Below are positions 12,516-24,300 of a DNA stretch of 64,000 bases, in pieces (position 1 is the stretch's first letter; the number at the start of each line of letters is the position of its first letter). The stretch covers positions 40,548,001 through 40,612,000 of the forward strand of contig CM075985.1 in NCBI GenBank assembly GCA_038087875.1, written 5' to 3'. The notes beneath the pieces were generated by a model. The model was not told where the DNA came from. It did no database searches and was given only the letters and a program-made list of their open reading frames with translations. Both the position numbers and the translations under genes were made by a program. Origin of the DNA: Malacoraja senta. Taxonomy: Eukaryota.

Positions 12516-13122
12516 CGAAGGTCTGAACTCTGAAAAAAAATCAAGAAATTCAAGTTGTCACTCATCCAGGGACTGAATAACAAAACACCTTAGTTTTTCG
12601 TATCTGGCTTGAGAACTCTTAACATTGATCTATTTTGTTTCATAGTGTAGTCCCTTTATAAAATGGCCATCCCCAGTCATCCTCTGTCCACACTGTTTTC
12701 CAAGGGCACCTCTCCTATTTTCAGCTCTGCTCTCAACAAATATTAATCACATTATCCCTCTCTCTATCTATCATCTCTCTCTATCTCGCTATATCTCTCT
12801 CTCTCTATCTCCCTATCTCTCTCCATTTATCTCTCCATCTCTCATCCCTCAGCTCTATCTCTCTTTCCTTCATCTATTTAATTTCTGCAAATTGAAATCA
12901 TTAATCAGTCTGAGAGCACTGTGTGTGACTGAATTACATCAGAGCATCAGTCCCTGAGGCATACCACTGGTCACGGGCTTCCTATGTAAAAAAAACAACC
13001 ATCCACTACCATTCTATGTCTCCTACCACCAAGCCAACTTTGTGTCCAATTGACTAGCTCACGCTGGATCCCCTCTTTTCCAACCTAATGGACCAGCCAC
13101 CCATGTGGGACCTTGCTGAAGG

Positions 13123-13385
13123 ATGGCATGGTGGCATAGTAAAAGGGCTACTGCTTTACAGCGCCAGAGACCCGGGTTCAATCCTGACTACAGGTGCTTT
13201 TCTATATGGAGTCTGTCCGTTCTCCCCGTGACCTGCGTTGGTTTTCTCCAAGATCTTCAGTTTCCTCGCACACTCCAAAGACGTACAGGTTTGTACGTTG
13301 GCATAAAAGGTAAAATTGCCCCAAGTGTGTGTAGGGTAGCGTTAATATGCGGGGATCGCTGGTCGGTGCAGACACGGTGGGCACT
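13123..13385 (+). mobile_element. HE1/V-SINE-like SINE
   Basis: tRNA-like head (ggcatggtggcatagtaaaag..gggttcaatcctgac) plus the V-SINE-like body. Confidence 0.85.
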
Positions 13386-13419
13386 CGGGTAGGGGGGGCG
13401 CTGCTCTGGGCAGCGGCCA

Positions 13420-14157
13420 TGTCAGCAGCGCGTCAGTTTTTTCAACTTTTCCTTATTTTTTAGTATGTTTTAAAGTATGTATAGTGTGTTTCTTTGTGTG
13501 TCTTGTGTGGGGGGTGGTGTGGGGGGGTAAGGGGGAAATTGGTTCGGTCGCCTCCTCCATGGAGAGGCGACTTTTTCCAGGTCGCCTCCCCCGTGGCCTA
13601 ACATCAAGGATCGGCGCGGCCTTTCCCGGAGACGCGCCCGGGGCTTCAGCGGCAGGCGCAGCGTGGACTCTCGGCGTGGAGCGGGTGAGCCCTCGCTGGG
13701 GCTCGCTGGAGGGGAGCGCTCCATTTCGCTGGCCCGGGGTAGCCGGCAGCCTGAAGTCGGAGCCTGAAGTCGCGGTCTGCAGAGCTCCAGCTGGTGCGGC
13801 GTCTACAGCCCGGGATCCCTCGTGGGGGACCCGGGGGAAGAAGAAGAAGCCATCACTGCCGGCCCGCGGCCAACTTCTACCGCGGGGCCGGCATGGACTT
13901 ACCAACACCCCTGCAGGGGAGATTCGACCGCCGGCCCTGCAGTCTACGGTGCTTCTGGCTGCGGCGGAGACTTTAAATCTCGACAGCCGGCCTGCGGCAT
14001 ACAACAACTTAAAGCCGCGGTCTCCGGTGAGGAAGAGCCGATCCTGGACTGATTCTGGACTCTGGTCCTGTCCACGGAGGGGAAATGGAGGAGGATTGGC
14101 CAAATTTGTGTGCCTTCCACCACAGTGTTGAATGCTGTGGTGGATGTTTGTGTTACA
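13420..14157 (+). mobile_element. CpG-rich non-autonomous element related to 4735-5271
   Basis: Shares gac(a/c)gccggcctgcggc and ggggaaatgga..tccacca.agtg..gaatgctgtggtggatgtttgtgtta with the 4.7-5.3 kb element. Confidence 0.6.
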
Positions 14158-14413
14158 TCGCTGTATCGCTGCTGACAACCCAAAAATTCCACCAGCTTGG
14201 CTGTGTGGTCATTAAAATATAATACAATACAAAAAATGTCTCTGAGATATAGGAGGAAACCGGAGCATTTGGTGGAGATCCACGCGTCATAGGGAGAACA
14301 TGAAAATAATACACGCTGTACCAGAGATCAGGATTGAATCCAAGTTGCTGGACCAGAGGGGCACCAATTCTGCCAGTTGCCTCAATGTACTGCCTCTTAA
14401 AAAGAAAATTCAA

Positions 14414-14727
14414 AGCCTGTCCCACTGTACGAAGTAATTCAAGAGCTCTCCCGAGTTTAAAAAAAACAACCAAACGCGTGGTAAGCACGTAGAATGTACG
14501 TAGCGGGTAGGTCGGAGCTCGGGACGTCTCTTAGCAGCTCGTTATGCTAACGGCAGGTACTCGGGAAACGCGATAAGGTCGTGAAAACTCGTGAAGATTT
14601 TTCAACGTTGAAAAATGTCCACGAGAGCCCCGAGTACCTACGAGCTGCTATTACCGTAATTCTCCGAGTTCGAATCAGGGGAAACTCGGGAGAACTCTTG
14701 AATTAGCTCGTACAGTGGGACAGGGCC
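14414..14727. mobile_element. Harbinger-like MITE
   Basis: TIRs gcctgtcccactgtacga..ttcaagagctctcccgagttt and aaactcgggagaactcttgaa..tcgtacagtgggacagggcc. Confidence 0.8.
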
Positions 14728-14764
14728 TTTAAGCGTTGTCCAAGCACACACTCTCAGGGCAGAA

Positions 14765-15065
14765 TTAGGTTAGTTTAGTTTCGAGTTACAGCGTGGAAAC
14801 AGGCATTTCGGCCTACCAAGTTTGCGATGATCAATGATCCCTTTACATTGGCACTATCCTACACAAACTAGGGACAAATTACAACTTACAAGCCAATTAA
14901 CCTACAAACCTGTACGTATTTGCAGTGTGGGAGGAAACTGGAGCACCCGGAGAAAACCCATGCGTTCACCCATCATACAAACTCCGTGCAGTCTGCACCC
15001 ATAAGTCAGGATCGACCCGGGTGTCTGGTGCTATAAGGCAGCAACTCTACCGCTGCTCCACCTGC
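14765..15065 (-). mobile_element. HE1/V-SINE-like SINE
   Basis: Full reverse-complement SINE from the tagtttagttt tail to ggcagcaactctaccgctg. Confidence 0.88.
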
Positions 15066-15459
15066 CACTCCTAAGTATAGATATAGGGAAAGATACAGCA
15101 GCCTGAAAACCGTGGCAGCCGGATTCAAGAACAGTCTCTTCTAAGCAATCATCAGGCTCTTCAACACTACACAAAACCAACTTCAGCATCTATGATCATC
15201 TACGGACTGTACAATGAACTTTGTTTTTGCGCTATTATGATAGTCCAGTATTACAGTTATTAATTTATTGTTTTATTGGTTGTTTTATATTATCTCTGTG
15301 TTATTAAAGTTACATGCTGCAGCAAGTAGGATTTTTGTTGTTCTATTGTTGATACATATGACAATTAAACGAATCTTACCTCACATTTGATTTTGGGTAA
15401 AGCTCACTCCATATTACCCCCACCATACACTCAGGAAAAGTACAAAGAACAAGTACATG

Positions 15460-16480
15460 TTTAAGAAAAACTGCAGATGCTGGAAAAATCGAAGGTAGAC
15501 AAAAATGCTGGAGAAACTCAGCGGTGAGGCAGCATCTATGGAGCAAAGGAATAGGTGACGTTTTGGGTCGAGACCGTTCTTAAGACTGATGTGGGGGTGG
15601 GGGCGGGAAGAAGAAAGGAAGAGGTGGAGACAGTGGGCTGTGGGAGAGCTTGGAAGAGCGGGGGAAGGAGGGAGAAAGCAAGGACCAAACATCCTATAGC
15701 GGAGCAAGGTGGACCACTCCTGCTAAAAGCTGACGTGTAGAACGCAACGGAACTGAACGTGGGTGGGCTTTTTTTTCATCCATTTCCGTAACCGGACCCG
15801 ACCCGACCCGACCCGACTCGCAGTGTAATCAACGTTCCGGGGGAACAGTTTGTGTTAATACATTAAAATTCTGAAAATGAGGAGAAGACTTTTACCAAAT
15901 AACTTTTATTTTTACGAGAATGTTTCCGTAACCGGCTTCTGTCTCCGCTCTATTATCCTATGGGATGTTTGGTGCGGAGACGGAAGCCGGTTACGGAAAT
16001 GGGGCCTTAAATTACGCCTGAATCTGCCCATGACCGTACTAAGTCTTTTTCGTCGAGTGATCTATCTTGCTCGCTATCAAATCTTTGGCAAGGACTACCT
16101 GAAAATGGAGAAGTCAATGTTCATACCCAAGTGAAAAATGATATGCTGCTCCTCCAATTTGCGGAGGGACTCACTATAGCCATGGAGGAGACCCAGGAAT
16201 GGGAGGACGGGTTGAAGTGCTAAGCCACCGAGAGATCAGGTTAATTAATGCGGACTGAGCGGAGGTGTTGGGCGAAACGATCGCCAAGCCTGCGCGTAGT
16301 CTCACCGATGTAGAGCAGTTGACACCTAGAGCAGCGGATGCAATAGATGATGTGGGAGGAGGGGCAGGTGAACCTCTGCATCACCTGAAAAGACTGCTTA
16401 GGTCTTTGGATGGAGGCATGGGGGGAGGTAAAGCGACAAGTGTAGCATTTCCTGCGGTCGCAAGGGAAAGTGCCAGGGGA
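15460..16480 (-). mobile_element. Penelope-like 3' fragment interrupted by a MITE
   Basis: ORF 16241-16657(-) PGTFPCDRRKCYTC..IIYCIRCSRCQLLYIGETTRRLGDRFAQHL (GIY-YIG); terminal repeat at 15460-15600. Confidence 0.9.
15686..16087. mobile_element. 402-bp MITE with 8-bp TSD (hAT- or P-like)
   Basis: TSD gcaaggac at 15678-15685 and 16088-16095; TIRs caaacatcctatagcggagcaaggtggaccact and (reverse complement) caaagatttgatagcgagcaagatagatcact. Confidence 0.85.
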
Positions 16481-16489
16481 GGGAAAGGT

Positions 16490-16865
16490 TAGGCAACGGG
16501 GCTTCCTCTCTTCGACTATAGATGGGGTTCTCACCAGGGTCTCTTCTATATCCCGTTGCTTCGCTCTCACTCCCCATCCCCCCACTCGTGACAAGTCCCC
16601 CTTGTCCTCACCTTCCACCCTACCAGCTGTCACATACAACAGATAATCCTCTGACATTTATGTCACCTCCAACGGGATCCCATCACTGGCCACATCTTCT
16701 CATCTCCTCCCCTTTAGGCTTTCTGCAGAGACCGCTCCCGCTGTAACTCCCTGGTCAACTCATCCCTTCCCACCTAAACCACCCCTCCCCTGGTACTTTC
16801 CCATGCAACGGCAGGAAATGCTACACTTGTCGCTTTACCTCCCCCCTTGACTCCATCCAAGGACC
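16490..16865 (+). mobile_element. Inverted upstream segment of the same Penelope-like element
   Basis: + strand ends in PGTFPCNGRKCYTCRFTSPLDSIQG, overlapping the start of the adjacent - strand segment. Confidence 0.75.
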
Positions 16866-17679
16866 TAAGCATGCCATGCTATCCAAACACATTAGATATA
16901 CCATACACAGATATAATCAATTCAAAGGGGAAGAATATCATGCAGAATATCGATCTCAGTATTGTAGCGCATCAGTTCCAGAGAGAAAGACTAATGATCA
17001 CAGTGGATAGAGGTAAATCAGACCTTTCCATAGCCTACGGAAAACTGTTCAGAAGCCAGGTAACAGAGGGGAAGAAGCTGTCGCTGAGGCTAGTGGTACG
17101 TGCCTTCAATCGTCTGTACCTTCTGCCAGACGGGAGACAAACCTATCCATATGTTTCATAATTTTACATATTTCTATCAGGGCTCCCCTCAACTATTTGG
17201 AGCAGCGAACCAATGTAAGGACTCGGTTTTGGCAATGATACAAAAATAGATGAAATGGCACGGTTTAATGAGGAAAGTGTGATTCTACAACAGGATGTAG
17301 ATAGCTTGAGTGATTAGTCAAAACCTGGCTAATGTGTTTAATGTGGGAAACTGTGAGGTCATGCTGAAGATAGACACAAAATCCTGGAGTAACTCAGCGG
17401 GACAGGCAGCATCTCGAGATAGAAGGAATGGGTGACGTTTCAGGTCGAGACCCATTTTCGGACTGCAGAAGTCGTTGGAGAGAGGAGGAGAACTTCTTCA
17501 AAGTAGGCATGCCTTGAGGAGATTTCTCAGTGGAGCAGCCAAATTGTGTAGGAAGGAACTGCAGATGCTGCTTCACACTGAAGATAGACACAAAATGCTG
17601 GAGTAACTTAGCAGGACAAGCAGCATCTCAAGGTAGAAGAAATGGGAGATGTTTCGAGTCATGCTCTTTGGCATGAGGA

Positions 17680-18180
17680 ATCGAGTCAGCATGCCCCAAT
17701 CAGTATCAATGGTGCCAAAGTAGAAATGGTTGAGAGCTTCAAATTATTTGCTGTAAATATTACCAACGAACTTTGTTGGACCAAACACATTGAAGTGACA
17801 GCCAAGTTGGCATACCAATGCCTCCACCTCCTCAGACGACTGAGGAAATTTGGTATGTGTCCAATGACTCTTACCATCTTCCATAGATGCAACATAGAAA
17901 GCATACTATCAGGTTACGTCACAGCTTGTTTTCCGAATAGCTCTGCCCAAGACCACAAGAAATTGCAGAGAGATGTGGATGTAGCCCAGTCCATCCCACA
18001 GACCAGACTGCCCATCATTGTCTCGATTTACACTTCCTGCTGGTTCAGGAAGGCAGCCAACATAGTCAAATGCCTTTCTCACGCTAGTGATTACTTTTTT
18101 CTCCACTACCATCAGTCAGAAGATGCAGAGCTTAAAGGTGTAGAGCACCAGACACAGTAACAGCATCTTCTCCTCTGTTA
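17680..18180 (+). mobile_element. Rex1/Babar-like LINE RT C-terminal fragment
   Basis: APISINGAKVEMVESFK..LRRLRKFG..IESILSG..KKLQR. Confidence 0.85.
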
Positions 18181-18345
18181 GCAGGCCTTTGAATGGTCGT
18201 TCCATATGTTCGGACCCAGTCCCAATTCTACTCTACCTCAATATGACTATTGGATTTTGTCACTGGAACTGTTGTATAATAATGTTGAGAGCTATATTCT
18301 TCAATCTAATCTGTATCTTATCCTTCAGTCTGCCTATTGTACTTG

Positions 18346-21300
18346 CGTTTGGCTTGATTGTATTTATGTATACAGCAGCAAAATCAATGCTGTTCACCGT
18401 ACCTTGGTACACATCACAATAACAAACCTCAAGCTAAACCTTAACTGGTGGATTATTGTCTAAATGGAGAGAGACTGTAAATGAGTGAAGTTCAGATGGG
18501 ATCTTGGTATTCAAGTGCATGCATCAAAATATGTTAGCAGCAAGCCCAATAACCAATGAAATAATTCAGTCTTTACTGCAAAGGGGGTGGAATTTAAGAA
18601 TAGGAAGGTTATATTGGAATTATGCAGGATGATAGTGAGTCAATAACTCGAATACCGCACACAGTTTTAACATAAAAAATGGTATAGGAGCATTGGATGC
18701 AGACCAGATGAAATTTACCAAACTAAGTCAAGGGATGAAAAGGTTGTCCCATCAAGAACGGTAAACAGTTTAGGACTGCATTCCTTGGAGTGTAGAAAGT
18801 GATGAGTGACCTTATTCACACATGCAATATCTTAAGGGGCTTTTCATGATAGATGTTGAGATGTTTCACTGGTGGGAACGTCTAAAAACAATGGGAAACA
18901 ACTACAGAATACGGGACCAGTTGTTTAAAACTGAGGTACATAAAAATTACTTCGTTCAGAAGGGAGTGAATCACTGGAATTCTGTGCCCAGAGGTGGTGA
19001 TGGCCAAAGCATGAAATATGCTTAAGAACAGATAGATACATTTTCAGGCAATTAAGGGTTATGGGGTAATGGAACAGAGTAGTAGTCTACTCCTGCTATT
19101 TTTCTTGTGTTCTTGACGATTACCATCATGAATAAAGTTAGAACTTGCAATCAACATTTCGAATAGTGGAGCCTCACAGTGGCACAGCAGTGGAGTTACT
19201 TCCTTTCAGTACCTGTGACTCAGGTTTGATCCTGACTGAGGGTGCTGTCTGTACCAAATTTGTATGTTCTCTCTGTGACCGTATGGGTTTTCCCCTGGTG
19301 CTTCGGTTTGCTCCCAGTTCAAAAGACCAGCAGGTTTGTAGGTTAATTGGGCATCTGTAAATTGTCCCATGTGTATAGGATAGAACTGTGTAGGTGGCAG
19401 AGTGACGCAAGGGGTGGCATGGAGGAACAGCGGTAAAGTTACTACAGAGGCAGAGACCCAGATTTGATCATGCTGTATGTATGGATTTTTTACGTTCTCC
19501 CCGTGACCTGTGTGGATTATCTCTGGAGGTTCCAGCTTCCTCCCACACTCCAAAGACGTACAGGTTTGCAGGTTCATTAGCCCCAAGTGTGTGTAGGATA
19601 GTGTTAGTGTGTGGGGATCACTGGTCAGCGCAGACTCTATGGGCGTTAGGGCCTGTTTCAATGCTGTACCTCTAAACCAAACTAATCGAAGGAGCTGAGG
19701 CCAACTAAACAGTGATCATTTTATTGAATGGTGGGACAAGTTTGGTGACTATTCTCAGGGGCTGATAGCCTACTACTGTTCTCTTTCCTCCTGTTCATGA
19801 TAGCTCCCCTCATGGAGGAAACTAGACCTTGGAGGCCAAGGTTCCAAACTGAGGAGCAAATTGTTTTATTTTTCTCCCAGACGATAATGAATCGTGGGAA
19901 TTTTCAACTACAGAGAGTGTAGATTCATTACGTTATAGAGAATGATAGATTTTTGGGAAGTTGTAGGTTATTGGTTACAGATTTTTCTGGTCAAGAGTAG
20001 ATCAGTCATGACCCAATTGAGCTGCAGAAGAGACTTTACTCATGGCCAACAAATACTTCATTTTTCATGTTATCTCTACAATTACCCACTACAATCATTG
20101 CACTCTTACTTGCCTATGATTGCACTCACGTTTGGCTTGATTGTAGTTATGTATACAGCAGCAAAATCAATGCTGTTCACCGTACCTTGGTACACATCAC
20201 AATAACAAACCTCAAGCTAAACCTTAAATGGTGGATTATTGTCTAAATGGAGAGAGACTGTAAATGAGTGAAGTTCAGATGGGATCTTGGTATTCAAGTA
20301 CATGCATCAAAATATGTTAGCAGCAAGCCCAATAACCAATGAAATAATTCAGTCTTTACTGCAAAGGGGGTGGAATTTAAGAATAGGAAGGTTATATTGG
20401 AATTATGCAGGATGATAGTGAGTCAATAACTCGATTACCGCACACAGTTTTAACATATAAAAGGGTATAGGAGCATTAGATGCAGACCAGATAAAATTCA
20501 CCAAACTAAGTCAAGGGATGAAAAGGTTGTCCCCTCAAGAACGGTAAACAGTTTAGGACTGCATTCCTTGGAGTGTAGAAAGTGATGAGTGACCTTATTC
20601 ACACATGCAATATCTTAAGCGGCTTTTCATGATAGATGTTGAGATGTTTCATTGGTGGGAACGTCTAAAAACAATGGGAAACAACTACAGAATACGGGAC
20701 CAGTTGTTTAAAACTGAGGTACATAAAAATTACTTCTTTCAGAAGGGAGTGAATCACTGGAATTCTGTGCCCAGAGGTGGTGATGGCCAAAGCATGAAAT
20801 ATGCTTAAGAACAGATAGATACATTTTCAGGCAAGTAAGGGTTATGGGGTAATGGAACAGAGAAGTAGTCTACTCCTGCTATTTTTCTTGTGTTCTTGAC
20901 GATTACCATCATGAATAAAGTTAGAACTTGCAATCAACATTTCGAATAGTGGAGCCTCACAGTGGCACAGCAGTGGAGTTACTTCCTTTCAGTACCTGTG
21001 ACTCAGGTTTGATCCTGACTGAGGGTGCTGTCTGTACCAAATTTGTATGTTCTCTCTGTGACCGTATGGGTTTTCCCCTGGTGCTTCGGTTTGCTCCCAG
21101 TTCAAAAGACCAGCAGGTTTGTAGGTTAATTGGGCATCTGTAACTTGTCCCATGTATATAGGATAGAACTGTGTAGGTGGCAGAGTGACGCAAGGGGTGG
21201 CATGGAGGAACAGCGGTTAAGTTACTACAGAGGCAGAGACCCAGATTTGATCATGACCATGGTTGCTGTATGTATGGATTTTTTACGTTCTCCCCGTGAC

Positions 21301-24300
21301 CTGTGTGGATTATCTCTGGAGGTTCCAGCTTCCTCCCACACTCCAAAGACGTACAGGTTTGCAGGTTCATTAGCCCCAAGTGTGTGTAGGATAGTGTTAG
21401 TGTGTCGGGATCACTGGTCAGCGCAGACTCTATGGGCGTTAGGGCCTGTTTCAATGCTGTTCCTCTAAACCAAACTAATCGAAGGAGCTGAGGCCAACTA
21501 AACAGTGATCATTTTATTGAATGGTGGGACAAGTTTGGTGACTATTCTCAGGGGCTGATAGCCTACTACTGTTCTCTTTCCTCCTGTTGATGATAGCTCC
21601 CCTCATGGAGGAAACTAGACCTTGGAGGCCAAGGTTCCAAACTGAGGAGCAAATTGTTTTATTTTTCTCCCAGACGATAATGAATCGTGGGAATTTTCAA
21701 CTACAGAGAGTGTAGATTCATTACGTTATAGAGAAGGATAGATTTTTGGGAAGTTGTAGGTTATTGGTTACAGATTTTTCTGGTCAAGAGTAGATCAGTC
21801 ATGACCCAATTGAGCTGCAGAACAGACTTTACTCATGGCCAACAAATACTTCATTTTTCTTGTTATCTCTACAATTACCCACAACAATCATTGCACTCGT
21901 ACTTGCCTATGATTGCACTCACGTTTGGCTTGATTGTATTTATGTATACAGCAGCAAAATCAATGCTGTTCACCGTACCTTGAAACACATCACAATAACA
22001 AACCTCAAGCTAAACCTTAAATGGTGGATTATTGTCTAAATGGAGAGAGACTGTAAATGAGTGAAGTTCAGATGGGATCTTGGTATTCAAGTGCATGCAT
22101 CAAAATATGTTAGCAGCAAGCCCAATAACCAATGAAATAATTCAGTCTTTACTGCAAAGGGGGTGGAATTTAAGAATAGGAAGGTTATATTGGAATTATG
22201 CAGGATGATAGTGAGTCAATAACTCGAATACCGCACACGGTTTTAACATAAAAAAGGGTATAGGAGCATTGGATGCAGACCAGATGAAATTCACCAAACT
22301 AAGTCAAGGGATGAAAAGGTTGTCCCATCAAGAACGGTAAACAGTTTAGGACTGCATTCCTTGGAGTGTAGAAAGTGACGAGTGACCTTATTCACACATG
22401 CAATATCTTAAGGGGCTTTTCATGATAGATGTTGAGATGTTTCACTGGTGGGAACGTCTAAAAACAATGGGAAACAACTACAGAATACGGGACCAGTTGT
22501 TTAAAACTGAGGTACATAAAAATTACTTCTTTCAGAAGGGAGTGAATCACTGGAATTCTGTGCCCAGAGGTGGTGATGGCCAAAGCATGAAATATGCTTA
22601 AGAACAGATAGATACATTTTCAGGCAATTAAGGGTTATGGGGTAATGGAACAGAGAAGTAGTCTACTCCTGCTATTTTTCTTGTGTTCTTGACGATTACC
22701 ATCATGAATAAAGTTAGAACTTGCAATCAACATTTCGAATAGTGGAGCCTCACAGTGGCACAGCAGTGGAGTTACTTCCTTTCAGTACCTGTGACTCAGG
22801 TTTGATCCTGACTGAGGGTGCTGTCTGTACCAAATTTGTATGTTCTCTCTGTGACCGTATGGGTTTTCCCCTGGTGCTTCGGTTTGCTCCCAGTTCAAAA
22901 GACCAGCAGGTTTGTAGGTTAATTGGGCGTCTGTAACTTGTCCCATGTATATAGGATAGAACTGTGTAGGTGGCAGAGTGACGCAAGGGGTGGCATGGAG
23001 GAACAGCGGTTAAGTTACTACAGAGGCAGAGACCCAGATTTGATCCTGACCATGGTTGCTGTATGTATGGATTTTTTACGTTCTCCCCGTGACCTGTGTG
23101 GATTATCTCTGGAGGTTCCAGCTTCCTCCCACACTCCAAAGACGTACAGGTTTGCAGGTTCATTAGCCCCAAGTGTGTGTAGGATAGTGTTAGTGTGTGG
23201 GGATCACTGGTCAGCGCAGACTCTATGGGCGTTAGGGCCTGTTTCAATGCTGTACCTCTAAACCAAACTAATCGAAGGAGCTGAGGCCAACTAAACAGTG
23301 ATCATTTTATTGAATGGTGGGACAAGTTTGGTGACTATTCTCAGGGGCTGATAGCCTACTACTGTTCTCTTTCCTCCTGTTCATGATAGCTCCCCTCATG
23401 GAGGAAACTAGACCTTGGAGGCCAAGGTTCCAAACTGAGGAGCAAATTGTTTTATTTTTCTCCCAGACGATAATGAATCGTGGGAATTTTCAACTACAGA
23501 GAGTGTAGATTCATTACGTTATAGAGAAGGATAGATTTTTGGGAAGTTGTAGGTTATTGGTTACAGATTTTTCTGGTCAAGAGTAGATCAGTCATGACCC
23601 AATTGAGCTGCAGAAGAGACTTTACTCATGGCCAACAAATACTTCATTTTTCTTGTTATCTCTACAATTACCCACTACAATCATTGCACTCTTACTTGCC
23701 TATGATTGCACTCACGTTTGGCTTGATTGTATTTATGTATACAGCAGCAAAATCAATGCTGTTCACCGTACCTTGAAACACATCACAATAACAAACCTCA
23801 AGCTAAACCTTAAATGGTGGATTATTGTCTAAATGGAGAGAGACTGTAAATGAGTGAAGTTCAGATGGGATCTTGGTATTCAAGTGCATGCATCAAAATA
23901 TGTTAGCAGCAAGCCCAATAACCAATGAAATAATTCAGTCTTTACTGCAAAGGGGGTGGAATTTAAGAATAGGAAGGTTATATTGGAATTATGCAGGATG
24001 ATAGTGAGTCAATAACTCGAATACCGCACACGGTTTTAACATAAAAAAGGGTATAGGAGCATTGGATGCAGACCAGATGAAATTCACCAAACTAAGTCAA
24101 GGGATGAAAAGGTTGTCCCATCAAGAACGGTAAACAGTTTAGGACTGCATTCCTTGGAGTGTAGAAAGTGACGTGTGACCTTATTCACACATGCAATATC
24201 TTAAGGGGCTTTTCATGATAGATGTTGAGATGGTTCACTGGTGGGAACGTCTAAAAACAATGGGAAACAACTACAGAATACGGGACCAGTTGTTTAAAAC

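Noticed and set aside
13123-13200. tRNA genes at SINE heads (also ~49713, ~57963, ~63635)
   Set aside because: Only A/B-box-like remnants continuing into the SINE body; no complete cloverleaf
13453-14178. Overlapping 215- and 241-aa ORFs as host genes
   Set aside because: GC-rich repeat with few stops, no recognisable domain, and sequence shared with another dispersed copy
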